This document shows positions 13,701 to 26,410 of a stretch of 64,000 nucleotides of DNA, piece by piece. This stretch comes from Lama glama. Its lineage: Eukaryota. The notes beneath the pieces were generated by a model. That model ran no database searches. It was not told the origin of the DNA and was given only the letters and a program-made list of their open reading frames with translations. The stretch covers positions 6,512,001-6,576,000 of the forward strand of contig CM052816.1 of NCBI GenBank assembly GCA_028534125.1, read 5' to 3'. Both the position numbers and the translations under genes were made by a program. Positions within the stretch are counted from its first letter, which is position 1, and each line of letters starts with the position of its first letter.

Positions 13701-14204
13701 TATCAGTCACTACACACTGAGTACCTCCAATGTGCCAAAAACTATACTAAACATTCTCTACTAAAAATTTTTACAGAAATCTATTTAAATGACAAGGAAA
13801 CTGAGGCAGAGATAAATTAGTTTTATAGCCAAGGACTTAAGGCTAATTTTACAACCAAGAACTTAAGGCTAACAAACTTTCAAAGTTGAATTAAAACTTA
13901 ATTCTCTTTAATGTTAAATTGTATTCTAACCACTGTGCTTTGCTTACGTCATAATATGGGAGGCCCTGAGTACCAGATCCATGAGGTTTAATCCTACCAG
14001 TCAGTGGGTTCCCCTGCCTGGTAGATTCTTGAGCAGGGAAATAACATTTTGAAAGAGCAGTTCTTGAGAGCCTTATACAGATGGAAGTGGGAAGAATAAA
14101 ATAGATGGGGTGATAAGAGACAGACTACATATTGTCAAACATCCCACACTCTGCCACCTCCAATTTGACTCCATTTCTTTCAGCTCACAAAGAGTAACGT
14201 TTCA

Positions 14205-15305
14205 TGCTGCCACTTTGGAAAAGTCTGATAGTTCTTCAAATGATTAAATGTAGAGTTACCATATGACCTAGCAATTCTACTAGTATTTATATCCCCAAGA
14301 GAAATGAAAACATGCCCACACAAAAACATGTATGTGACTGTTTACCACAGTATTATTCACAGGAGCCAAAAAGGCAGAAAGAACACAAACACCCATTACC
14401 TGATGAATAGATAAGCAAAATGTGATACATCCAAAATATGGAGTATTTTTGACCATAAAAAGGAATGAAGTACTGATACATGCTATATAACATGGGTGGA
14501 CACTGAAAACACTATAAGTAAAAGTGGTCATTCACAAAAGGCCATATATTTAATGACTCCATTTTATATGAAATGTCCAGAATAGATAGATCTATGTAGA
14601 TAGACAGTTGATTAGTGATTGCTTAGGGCCAGGAAGTGACGAATACTGAGAAGGGAGGACATCTAAATGGTAGTGGAATTTCATCTTGAGGTGCTAACAG
14701 TGTTTCAAAGTTGAACATCTAAAATATATTGCATATCTTGTGGTATATTTATACAATGGAATACTATTCTGCCATAAAAACCAACAACATAACACCATTT
14801 GCAGCAACATGGATAGTACTGGAGAATGTCATTCTAAATGAAGTAAGCCAGAAAGAGGAAGAAAAATACCGTATGAGAGCGCTCATATGCGGAATCTAAA
14901 AACAAAAAACATAAATACAAAAAACAGAAACAGACTCATAGACATGGAATACAAACTTGTGGTTCAGGGGGATGGGGGGTGGGAAGGGACAGACTGGGAC
15001 TTCAAAATATAGAACAGATAAACAAGATTGTATTGTGTAGCACAGGGCAATATATACAGGATCTTGTGGTGGCTCACAGCAAAAGGGAATGTGACAGTGA
15101 ATGTATGTATGTTCATGCATAACTGAAAAACTGTGCTCTACACTGCAATTTGACACAACATTGTAAAATGACTATAACTCAATAAAAAAATGTTAAAAAA
15201 ATATATTGCATATCTTTGTAAATACAATAAAACCCAATGAACTGTATACTTTAAATGTGTGAACTGTACAGTATGTGAATTATATATCAATAAAGCTATT
15301 AAAAA
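14205..15305 (+). mobile_element. Old L1 (L1MB-like) 3' end, interrupted by a younger L1
   Basis: gccactttggaaaag...gagttaccatatgacctagcaattc...aaaaggaatgaagtactgataca; resumes after 15216 and ends at tcaataaagctatt. Confidence 0.8.
14740..15197 (+). mobile_element. Young 5'-truncated L1 3' end with perfect 19-bp TSD
   Basis: AAAATATATTGCATATCTT at 14721-14739 and 15198-15216 flanks gtggtatatttatacaatggaatac...aataaaaaaa. Confidence 0.9.
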
Positions 15306-15812
15306 TAAAAGAACAAAGTTCTTATTCTTTTTTACAGCTCAATGACTGACAATAAGTACCTAATAAATATTTGTTGGACAGATCAAAGAAAAAACAAGTT
15401 CACTAGTTACAGGCTCCTATTGTGTTCAGGTACTGGGCTACCTTGAAGGATGTTTTAAAAATATGAATAAAGTAACTTCCTTTTCCCTTATTTACCTGAT
15501 CACGTAATAAATCACCTGCAACACCACTTACTATTCTAGGTTTTAGTTAACTAACTCCTTTACATATGTAGGGGACCTTGCTGGCATACTGCCGTCACCC
15601 ACTATCACTGGCATTTTCAGCACTGCCTTGCAATGTGACCTTTGGTGGGTCACTTTACTCTTCCCAGCTTGCTTCTAATAGAACTCTTGAAAGCAACCTT
15701 GAGGAGCTGACCGAACACAAGAGTCAGGGAGAAAACAACAGAGCTGTAAGATCTCTAAACACAGTAAGAGCTCCTGTATCCCCTGGCACTTCTGTCTGCA
15801 CAATTTTCAACT

Positions 15813-15835
15813 AACAACAACAACAACAACAACAA
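15813..15835. repeat. (CAA)n microsatellite
   Basis: aacaacaac... run seen directly. Confidence 0.9.
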
Positions 15836-16019
15836 AAGTCTTTTGACTCTATCAGTAGGGAGTGTTGCAATCTATGTCACAAATACAGGTCATACTTTTT
15901 TCTCCTCAGAAAGAATAAAATAGCATTATCACTGCAGCTGCTTTGTTTGTTTCTTACTTTTTTAAGTCTCGTTGATCCTTAAAAGTCTGAATAGAAAGGA
16001 ACCTTAGAGAGTCTTCAGT

Positions 16020-16155
16020 CCAATGCTCTCCTAACTTTAATGTGAGCCACCAGGGGATTTTGTTAAAATGCAGAATCGGATGCAGTAGGTCTGGAGAGCC
16101 ATCCCAGGAAATGTGAGTGCTGCTGTTTCATGGCCACACTTTGAGCAGCAAAGTT
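16020..16155. mobile_element. MER5-like hAT-Charlie MITE
   Basis: tttgttaaaatgcagaatc...gcagtaggtctgg...ccacactttgagcagca. Confidence 0.6.
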
Positions 16156-16888
16156 CAATTTCAACCAATTCATGTTCAAAAAAATTTTTTTTCTTACATC
16201 AAGAGGTAGAGAAAAAAAAGGAGTCTTACTCAAGGGCACAAAGTTTAGCAGTAGGAATATCAAGACCAGACACCAAGCCTCTATAACAAACAAACCTGTC
16301 CACCTAAGTTTGTTCTATGTCCTACCAAACGCTCAAGAACATGAAACATGAACGAACACAACCAAACCCATTTTTGGCCATCGAGGACCGCTGGCTTCGC
16401 CCCTGAACAGCCACTCTACTATCCTAGCATGTGGCAAGCCCCTCACACCCTCCTGTCATCGTCAATGGGGTGGGAAACACAGGCACCGTTCAGCAAACTG
16501 CAACTGGAGCAGATGCTTTGAGAAAAGAGATTCATGAAATCTTTTGAGAGAAGCTCCCTGAAGTCTGACTATCCTGTGACCGCTAAGCCTACTAGTATAG
16601 ACTGATGGCAAAAGATTTTGTGACTTAAATATAAACAGACTCAACAGAATGGTATTGATGTGCCTATGTTGGTATACGTACCAAGTACTCCTTAACGATG
16701 ACAAAGCTAGTAAGATTAAGTTTAGTCACTACTTAATATTTAAACAGGAGTGCAGACATAGAAAAAAAGCAGAGGAGCCTTTTAATTTTCTCACTACCTT
16801 TTTGTCTTACTTCTATCTTTGCCATATGTATGTGTTAGTTTAATTTTTTTTAAACCAGGAATGTTTAAATAATGTAAATAAAAGATAG

Positions 16889-19833
16889 CATGGAAGATTG
16901 TAGTCTCTAAAAATGGCCACAATAATATTTTTAGTGCCACATGTCCCTCCAGAACCTTGCAACTCCCCATCAAAAGCTGTAGTCTCTTTTCATTCCCCTC
17001 AAAACTGAGAAAGCTTGACTTTTCCAACCCAGACGGTGAAGTGATACTTCATGTTTCTGGGGCTGTATTTGTATTTTCTCAAAAAAAAAAAAAAAACAGC
17101 TCCCACTTGAACCCCTCTCTTTTGGGGATGTTTTCTCTGGGAAACCAACCACCATGCTGTGAAGAGGACCACACTCACCCACACAAAGAGACCACGTAGA
17201 AAGAAGCTGAGACCCCAGCCAAGAGCCTGGATGAACCACCGTATCTGTGAGTCAACAAGGCTTCAGAAGATTCCATTCCTCAGAATGAACCTTCTAGGTG
17301 AGACTCAGATATCATGGAGGGGAGACAAGGCATCCTCTTTACACCCTGTCCGAAGTTCTAACTCAGAGAATCCACAAACATAATAAGGGGTTATTTTATA
17401 TGCTAGATTTCACAGTAATTTGTTACACAGCACACAGTAACTAAAACAGATTTTCATACCTGGAAGTAGGACATTGCGATCACAAAAATACCTAAAACCA
17501 GGGGGGTGACTTTGAGACTTGTAGGTGGACAGAGACTGCAAAACATGGAGAAGAGTATTTATGAAAACTTAAAAGAGCCTTAAAAAGTTAATCAGTGACT
17601 CCTGATGGCCCTCCAGGAGACTGAAAGTGAGGGACTCACGGAGCAGGAGGAAAGCATTACTGGAAGCTGAAAGAAAGAAGGCACTTTTTATGTAGTGGTG
17701 CAAAGTTCAGGAGCATGGTGCCCTGTGATAACATGGAAACCAGAAAAATGTACTGAATGAACTTGATGACTGAGCCACGGGGATTTCCAGGCAGACTGCT
17801 GAAGGTGCAGCCTGGCACTGCAGACTGCCACAGCAACCTACAGCAAATGTAAGAAGACAGAGGAATGCGAAGCACAGGACTTGAGAATACCAAGGAGCCA
17901 GGACTTCCTGGATTTGGAAATAATGGAACTTCTCATTTCCACCCTCTCCAGATGGTCAGGGACGTTCAATTAATAAATGGCTTTGGTGTAGAGATCATAT
18001 CCAGGACACAGGAAAACAGGATCTGAAGATAAATCCAAAAGTGTGACTTTGGAACCCTTTGCTAAGATCTCAAAAAAAAAAAAAAAGTAGTATCTCCAAG
18101 AGATAAAAGTCTATTTGAGGATCTTAAGGGTATACCTTACAGATTCTCTCTGTTTAAGTGCAGGATTTCTACAAATCTTAAGGGCATTTTCCTTTTGCAA
18201 CTTAACAAGAAGTCTAAGATAGATAAGGGCTTATCTCAATGATATTTATGGTTGTGACTTTGGTCAGATGGAGTTAATCCCCATAAGATAGATAGGAAGT
18301 TTCTAACATTTATGAGGTAACTGTTTTGAAGGAAACATTCAGGAAAGGATGACACAGAGGTCAGATCCAAGAGTCACAGAGAATCATTCTCAGAAAGTAA
18401 CCCTGAGGCCCAAAGGACTGGCGACACACACCTGACTGATTCTCAGAATCCCTGTGAACAGTAAGTGACGTGCGCCCCCGTCCTCGCACTGTTAAATGAG
18501 AGGATCCTTAGTACTTATCCTCCGCCAGTTCTCCCATGCTGTGTTGGGTGTATGATGGGAAAGACAACCGTCTGTACAGATCACAGCTACTTGTATCAAG
18601 AGAAACTGTACCTAAGAAACTGTACTGAGAGGCTGCACTCAAAGAACCTCATTCTCTCCTACAGTTGTTTCAGAGGATTAGATCCTCGACCTCCAACCTG
18701 AACCTGATAATGGTAACAGAAGAGAACCAACGTACTCCACCTTGGACCTTTTCCTTTAGCTCTAACCTTAGTGACCTGTTGCCTGTGCTTTGTCGTGTTG
18801 GCTCTGCACCTTTGTGTAAGAATGCTGCCTATAACCTGGAACATCTCAAGGTTCTGTCTCCCTTTAAAGAAAGGTGTAACACTTTCCCATAGAGACAAAA
18901 TTGCAAAACAACTGTCTTGGAGATTTACAGAAACATTATGACCAGCCTACATGGACAGTTTCAAGAACAAAGGATTCTGGAACCAAGAAGTTTGCAAAAA
19001 CCAGCCACACTTCTTGCTCTTTTGGTATAAAAGCCTGAATTGTAACTCAGATAAAATAGTTCTTTGGGGCACCAATTCACCATGTTCTCGGTCTGCTGGC
19101 TTTCTGAATAAAGTTGCTACTCCTTACCCCACTCTGTCTCTCAATTTATTGGCCTGTCGTGCGGCAAACAGTATGAGCCTGGACTACATAGCAATCCTAC
19201 AATGGGATGAGGCTTTGGTGGGAGGGTGAGGATGGAAAGGTTAGTGTATTTTGCAAATATATGGGAAGGATGTGAATCACTGTAGCCAGAGGGTTGACTG
19301 TGGCAGAATATATTTTTCAAAAATACTCACAGTATTTCAGACCCCATATGCTCTTCAAACTTGCTTATCTCTATCAAAATATAGATGGAATTTTTCTCCT
19401 TGGACCTTGACTCTCTTGTGACTGCTACAACCAGGAAAGTATGCTGACAACAATGCCATGTGACTTCTGAAAAGGATTGGTTTCCACACGGTCTCTTTAC
19501 TTGGAATGTTTGTTCTGGAGGAGCCAGCCAGCATCCCACGAAGAAGCCAAACCAGTCCATGCAAAGAAGCCTACATGGAGAGTAACTGCGACCCCCAGCC
19601 AACAGCTAGCATCAACCACCAGGACATATGAGCAAACACATCTACAAATGATTCTAGCTCCTAACTTTTAAGTCTTCCATCCAAGGCCTCAGACATCAAG
19701 AAAGCAGAGACAAGCCATCTCTGATGTACCATGTCTGAATTTCTGACCCACAGAATTTATGAGTGCAACATGATTGTTTTACATCATGAATTTTGAGGGT
19801 AATTTTTTTATGTAGCATTAGATAACCAGAACA
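16889..19833 (+). mobile_element. Complete MaLR element, LTR-internal-LTR (MLT1F/G/H group)
   Basis: 5' LTR ~16889-17448 ends taatttgttacacagc...taactaaaaca; the internal region begins gattttcatacctggaagtagg; purine tract agagggttgac precedes the 3' LTR 19299-19833 (tgtggcagaat...gataaccagaaca); the starts and ends of the two LTRs are alignable. Confidence 0.75.
18666..19193 (+). mobile_element. ERV1-type solo LTR nested in the MaLR internal region
   Basis: TG...CA ends; TATA (tataaaag ~19026); AATAAA ~19107; typical tattggcctgtcgtgcggc...ggact 3' end. Confidence 0.7.
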
Positions 19834-20532
19834 GGAAAGGGAATGGTCATATGCAAAAGTTTCACTTTGCTTAGTAATCAGACAAAATTATTTTACAAAT
19901 GTTTTCCACTAATGTATTTCATCTTTACAAAAAGTCATGGCTAACATTTCCATTTCTCAATTTACTGTAGCACAATCTTATGGTAAATTTTAGTGATCTA
20001 AACCCATAGCTTTTAAATTTAAATTGAACCATGGAAAATGCAAATCACAGAAATTAAAGTGACTTGACTAAGATCATACACAAATAAACAAGAAAGCCAA
20101 GTTTTTGGACTAAAAATATTTTCAGACTCAAATTTTCTGACTACAAATCTAATGCTTACATTAACTATTAATATCATCTTCATGAATGTCCATGAAACTC
20201 AGGTGTAAATTAGGGAGATTGGCCACTTCAAAAGAAGAATCATCAAGCATAACTACGAATTAAGATTCTCTAAGTTAATAAAATAGAAAGAAATGCTTGG
20301 TTTACTACCATGCCTCCTGGGAAATCAACATTTAACTCCCTATGAATGATATCAGAAGTATTATATGAAAGATGAACATATAGCTTATATGTCACACAAA
20401 CTAGAATGTCAGCTCCACAAGGGTTTGAAGTTTTGCTTGTCTTATTTTCATTTTTTAAGTGCTCGGTAGCTTTGGGTTACATGAATAAACCCAAGAATAC
20501 TTCAAAGATATTCTTTCCCGCATTCACCGTAG

Positions 20533-20873
20533 TATGGACTGAATTAAGTCACTCCCCACCACTAATTCCCAGTGTGATGTCATTTGGAGATGGGGTCGTT
20601 GGGGAGGTGGTTGGGTGAAATCACGAAGGTGGGGCTTCATGGTGGAATTAGTGGCTTTTATAAGAAGAGATACCAGAGAGCTTACTCTTCACCACATGAA
20701 GACACAGCAAGAAGGCAGCCACCTGCAAGCCAGGAAGAAGGTTCTCACCAGAAACTGAATCAGTGAGCACCTTGATCTTGGACTCCCTAGCCTCAAGAAC
20801 AGCAAGACATAAATGTGTACTGTGTAAGCCGCACTGTATACTTTATTATGGCACTCCTGAACTGACTAATGCA
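20533..20873 (+). mobile_element. MLT1A-like MaLR solo LTR
   Basis: tatggactgaat...tttggagatgggg...gaagacacagcaagaaggcagcc...caccttgatcttggactccctagcctc...gactaatgca. Confidence 0.8.
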
Positions 20874-21414
20874 ACTCAAAGGCTGTGGTCAGGAAAATTC
20901 AGAATAAATTGCAGGAAATAGTTTAGAATCATACACACAAAGCTTCAAACCTCACAGGGACCTTACAATTCATCTAGTCAAGGTCCCCTGCTTGACCAGT
21001 GTGGAAAATGAACCTCTGCCTCAGGTCACATAGCTGTCTGGTATCGCAGGACCACAGAGGCATCTCCTATTTCAGTGTTCTTTTTCTAAGTCTGGTAAAC
21101 TCACTACTCCCAAGGAGATAAACAGAACTAAAAGACAGACTTAGAAAAATAAATCATCAAAGGAAAACAGGATGTTTTCATAGTCTCCCAAACTTTTGAA
21201 ACTATGAGCTCTGAGAACAGTCAGGTTCCATCATCTCTGTCTCCTGGGTTATTGCTTGAAACAGACTCCTTATGTGGGGTCTTTGGGGGATACTGCTGAT
21301 TGGTGTCTGGTTTCTTGTTGTATAGAAGTGGAAACAGATTCAGAAAAGATAAAGGGACTTTCTTAGTTTGCAGTTACACAGACAGGATTATCTGATAATT
21401 TTACCTTCACTTAG

Positions 21415-21640
21415 TTAAAATTTATTGAGCTATTACCAAATGCCATACACTGGGCTAAGTGTTTGATTATCATCTTTTTTTACATCACTCACCAAGGATA
21501 AGGCAGAAACTATCAAAAACATCAAAAATCATCTACAGGTGAGAAAAACAGAGAGTGTGAATCATTTGCCCCAAATCAGACAGCTCATTAGTTGGAGGGC
21601 TGGGATTTGAACCCTGGTACACCTGACTCTAACAACCACA
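21415..21640 (-). mobile_element. MIR SINE
   Basis: tttattgagc...actgggctaagtg...atttgccccaaatcagacagct...ctgggatttgaaccctgg. Confidence 0.65.
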
Positions 21641-22467
21641 ACATAGCTTATTAAAAGAGTGGCTTCTGGTTCAGCACTACAGTATAAGTCCTTTAACAAA
21701 ATGGGGTTGCTCTAATCAGAGGCCCCTTTTAATGACAAGGAAGTACTTTTACAAAGAACACTCATTCCTACAGGTCGTTACTTTCCTGCATCCCTTACTT
21801 CCTCCAGGACATCTTCATTTCATTACTGCATTTCTTTATTGTCTACAGGGTCTCAGGTTTCATCACACCTCGTCCAGAACACCCTCCTGAGTGTTCTCCT
21901 CCATTCGCAATGTGAGGAGTGGGATGAGAGAAAGTCAGCTGGTCTCCACTTGACCAGCCGGTCTGCGGAAGTGGCACATCAGTGCCAAGATGCAGGTCCT
22001 AGGGAAGGAGGCCAAAAGCCTGCCACAGCCCATTTGTTTTCTTTCAAAGGCCACTGCACTGGCTGTAGACACATGTCTGGCAGCCTGCATCTGAAGACAT
22101 TAATTCCACACCTACTCACAGATGGCTTTACCACGTTCCACAGCATAAGTTCGATTTCTTTCCAAAGCCTCAACTTGTAACTAGGGGCTCACAGAAGTGA
22201 TAGATGAGTAGATATTATCATGACTTATATCAGCTGATATTTGAATACTTACATGCTTGGCAATTTACAAAACACTTAATACCTCATCTAATCCTATCAA
22301 CGCTGTAAAGTAGCCGTTATCACTACCCCCAGTCTACCAATGAGTAAGCGAAGGATAAGAGGTCACTTGCCCAAGATCATACAGCTATTAAGAAATGGGA
22401 TTTTTAAAACCGAGTCTGACTTCATAGTCTATGCTCTCTCCTGCTGTGCTAGAAAAGCTAATAGAGA

Positions 22468-22500
22468 CAACGACGATGATGACGATGACGATGACGATGC
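22468..22500. repeat. (GAY)n trinucleotide repeat between MIR pieces
   Basis: gacgatgatgacgatgacgatgacgat. Confidence 0.85.
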
Positions 22501-24008
22501 TGCTAAGGATGACAACGTCAGCAACAACAAAGCACAGCCAGGGGCCCCGCATTGTGCCAAGTGCTTTACACTCACCGTTTCACTCAATGGCCACAATTCT
22601 TCCTGGAACGTGGTACCAATGCCTTCACCTTCCCTGGAGAAACCGAGCTAATTTAGAGGGGGTCAGGGCTACACGACTGGTGGCAGCACCAGGATGAAGC
22701 CCCTTTGGTCTAGCCCCAGCACCCACGCTCCAGGCAGTTCTGACCACGGCCGGCTTACTTTGAAGTTGGGGAAGCTGAGGCTCAGACACGGCAAGCTCCA
22801 GGCCCTGTGCCCAGGTCAGGCGAGTCCAGCAGTCCCGCTGCGACACTCCTCGAGCCTGGATTTCCTTCTCCCGGGAAAGCACTCTCAGCACCGCCTATGA
22901 GAGGACTCAGCCAGTCTTCATTTCAGGGAGTAAGGAGCACTGTGAGAAACAGTGAGCGACGGAGTGGTCCTGGAGCCAGAACATAAGAACTGAGCCAAGT
23001 ACTAGCTACTTCACTCTGACCAAGACACTCAACTTGCCTCTGGCTCCTCCTCTTTCACTGGGGAGCTTACTATGTGATTGGGAAGCTTTGCCGTTGGGGA
23101 CTATTTCAAGACAGCGTGTAGGCAAGAGCTAAATGAGGCTATAAAAATATGAAGTGCTATCACTTGAGACCGAATAGATCTCTGTGGGTCAAAGTAATAA
23201 AAAGTGAATAATTAAGAAGGTGGCACCTAAGGCTGGCTCTGAAACATCTGAGAATAACGACTGTGGTTTTTACTATGATCTTACTACACATCAGATACCG
23301 AGACAGGTAATTTAGATGTATGATTTCAGTCTACCTTTCTGAAACTCTATCATTTACTTTTATTGTGGTTCCTGTTCTAGAAGGGTGGAAACTGAGGCCC
23401 AGAGAGGTGCAAGATTAAAGAGCTGACTGGTGACATAGTTGGGATTTGAACTAGGGACTCAGCCTCAATCACTACATCATGCTGCCTCTCTGGGTAGGCT
23501 GAAGAGACAATTGTGGGGCTGGCCTCAGTGAAAGCTAGAGGCATCCAGGGAGTTAGATTCTATCCAGCGACTAGCAATCCATGAATTCCTCAATATGGAA
23601 TTTGGTATTTCAGACCCTAAAATGATTAACCTGGTTATGCCCTGTGCTTTCAGGCAAGGCAGCCGTCACCACCACTGTGCCTTTCAGAAGTCGAAGGATA
23701 CTCCCAAGGTCAGACATGCAGGTAATCACCTCCTCCCACAGCACTGCCTCTTCCTTAACTCCCTGCCTTGAAGCACTGTTTAAATTCATGGACATCAGTT
23801 TTCAGGTAGTAACTGCTCTGTCTATCTTATATAGATATTGCTTTTATAGAGACCACAGATTACAAATAAGGGTGCTGAGATGTATTAAAGTTCTTCCACA
23901 GACAGAAACCTTTATGTAAACACAAGAGACGTGGAAACCTAGAATAAGAGGCCTTGGACAGTATCACAGACATGTAAAAGGGACACTGAAAGGCAAAGGC
24001 TTTCCTGC

Positions 24009-24448
24009 TGTTGACTAAAAAATACATAACCTAGGAGTTGAAAGTTATGTTTTATTCAGCAGACATTTCTGAGGAATTGAGCCCAGGAGGCAGCCTGTAA
24101 GACTGCTCTAAGAGATCGCTCCGAAGAGGCAAGGGAGGAGCCAGGATATATAGGAGTTTTGCCACAAAGACCAGGTGGTCAGAGCATCGAAAGGTTGCTG
24201 TTAATTAAAGAAAACCAGATATCTCAAGCTAAGGAATTGAGCACTTTTCTACGTATGAGAAGCTGCAAACACCTGGGCTCACTGAAATCATTCCTTCGAT
24301 ATGCACCTGGCTATCTAGGGCCAGCCTCCTGCTCTTTCACCCCCCGAGTTTCCTCTGCTCACTGTCAGGGGCAGCGGGAGTGACTGATGACTTGATGGCT
24401 GCAGCATCCTTTGTTTTCTGATAAGGCAGGTAGTATTTTTCATTCACA
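24009..24448 (-). mobile_element. ERV1-class solo LTR with 4-bp TSD
   Basis: TG...CA termini flanked by CTGC at 24005-24008 and 24449-24452; minus-strand AATAAA (ttttatt ~24052) and TATA (tatata ~24147). Confidence 0.85.
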
Positions 24449-25899
24449 CTGCTCAGCAAACTATTAAAGCTGGAAGAAGCCTTGGAAGGTAGCTCATCCA
24501 AAACCCCCATGTCACAGACAGGGAACCTGAAGGGCGAAGTGTAAAATGAGGCGCACAAGGTTCCACAGATGGCTCATGCTCAGCCTAGGCCAGCACTCAG
24601 TTTCCAGACTTGCACTTTGCTGCTCTTTCTCCTCTGCTCTGCTGTCCTCTCCTTCCTATGTCCGTCACTGCTAGGTCTAACCCATGGCTGCTCATTTCAA
24701 TCACTTGCCAGTTTCTCTGAAGACGACCCAGAATCCATCGCTTTTTAACCACCTGTTCCTTACTGAAGCACTCTCTTTGCTGACCTCTCCACCCTCTGCA
24801 TGCTTGGTTCCCTCAGAGGAAGGCCCTGGAAGGTTCTCATTAACTGACAGGAGGCTGATCTGACCCCTTTGCAGGTACAAGCGTGCCCATCCCACTGAGC
24901 TGGTTACACCACGCAGATTGGGCCGCCTCCAGCGGGGAGCCCAGGACACTTCTGAAGCAGGACAACTCTGTGTGGAGAGGGACTAGCTCACTGCGAGCAG
25001 AACAGCTCCTCAGTACAAAGCCCATTTGATTTCACATAATGGAGGCTGAGAGGGCTCAGAGTGAAGGATGGTGGAGATTCATTTACATTTTAAATGAGCA
25101 CAACATTTGCCTGGGGGCAACACATCCTCCTAATAATCTAATCTGTACAACACACCATTCTTTTTTCTCTTAAAAAAATCATTTTCCTTACAGTCAATAA
25201 ACAAGTGTTTCTCTGCTGCCCAAAGCTGTTACTATCTGCGTATCTTTTAAGCATAAGATCAAGACTGTGCCTTCAATGTACGGCTAGTCGAATGCACAGA
25301 AGCATTTTCACAGGAGTTCATAGACTGAGTGACTCCTGAGATTCTCTTTAGTTAAAATGCAAAGAATTCTCAATGGGGACAGATTCCCCAGCCAGACATC
25401 CAGCCTCCCCTTCCCTTGCAGGGGAAGAAAAAGAAAGAAACACTGCTTGGCAAGAACGGCTTCACAGATGCTTCAGTGATTCCCAAGCTAATTCCACAGA
25501 GAAAAATCCCTTCCCCTCAGGCATCCAGGGTCACAGGAACTGAGTGTGCTCCACCACAAAGAGTGTTTGTCATTCAGTGAAATTACAGTTTTGAAACAAA
25601 ATCAACTGAGGACACCAAGAGTCATGGGACAGAACTCTGGAAGGCGCAGAGGTGATGCCTTTTCTCAGCTCTAGCTTCTCTAATAGGTGTGTAGAGGGCC
25701 TTGGTGTAACTAAGGTTTGCCAGGGCTATTTAGTAGAAAAAGACAAAAACAAAAACTGATTACGACCCCTCCAACTCCCGTAACCACACCAAGGCACACA
25801 CATTTACCCCCATCACCCCAAGATAAACAGTTCTTCCACGGGAGGCTCTGGCTCCTAGCTACACTCCTGTCTTTACTTGAGCAGGTGACTCTGCTTTTC

Positions 25900-26410
25900 A
25901 GAATCTTGGTTTTGTTGGCTGCCCTCAAAACATATGCCTAAATGGCACATTGATTATTTTGAATTAAACTTACTCAAGAAATGGCTGATGCAAGAGGGAC
26001 ACTCTGACCCTCCTCTCTGCCTCCCTGAAAGCAGGAAATAACCCTCCCATGTGAACGGTGCCCTGCCTGCATCTGGAGGTGGAAGGACACTCATTTCCAG
26101 AGACAGGGACTTCAGGCCAAGAAGCCTGAATCAACCAACCCTGTTACTTCTCTAATGTACTACCCCCAAGCCCCAAATCTGTTTAGATTCTTCATTTTCG
26201 AGCTCCCAAAACCTAAATAACTTTCTCCTGTCAATTAAGGAATTGACCAATTTATTGTTTCTTTGTCTAGTAAGTATAAAAGCTGCCTGCTTTAGCTACT
26301 TCTTAGGCCCTATTTCTATGAGATCTCTACGCACATGAATTTGAATGTTTTATTTTCTCCTGTTAATCTGTCTTGTGTCAATTTTATTATGAGTCCAGTC
26401 TCAAGAACAC
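25900..26410 (+). mobile_element. MER34-like ERV1 LTR
   Basis: gccctcaaaacatatgcc...ggcacattgattattttgaatt...gtataaaagctgcctgc...ttttctcctgttaatctgtct. Confidence 0.65.

Noticed and set aside
22340..22651. 103-aa ORF with a poly-Asp run
   Set aside because: A (GAY)n microsatellite flanked by MIR sequence; not a real acidic domain.
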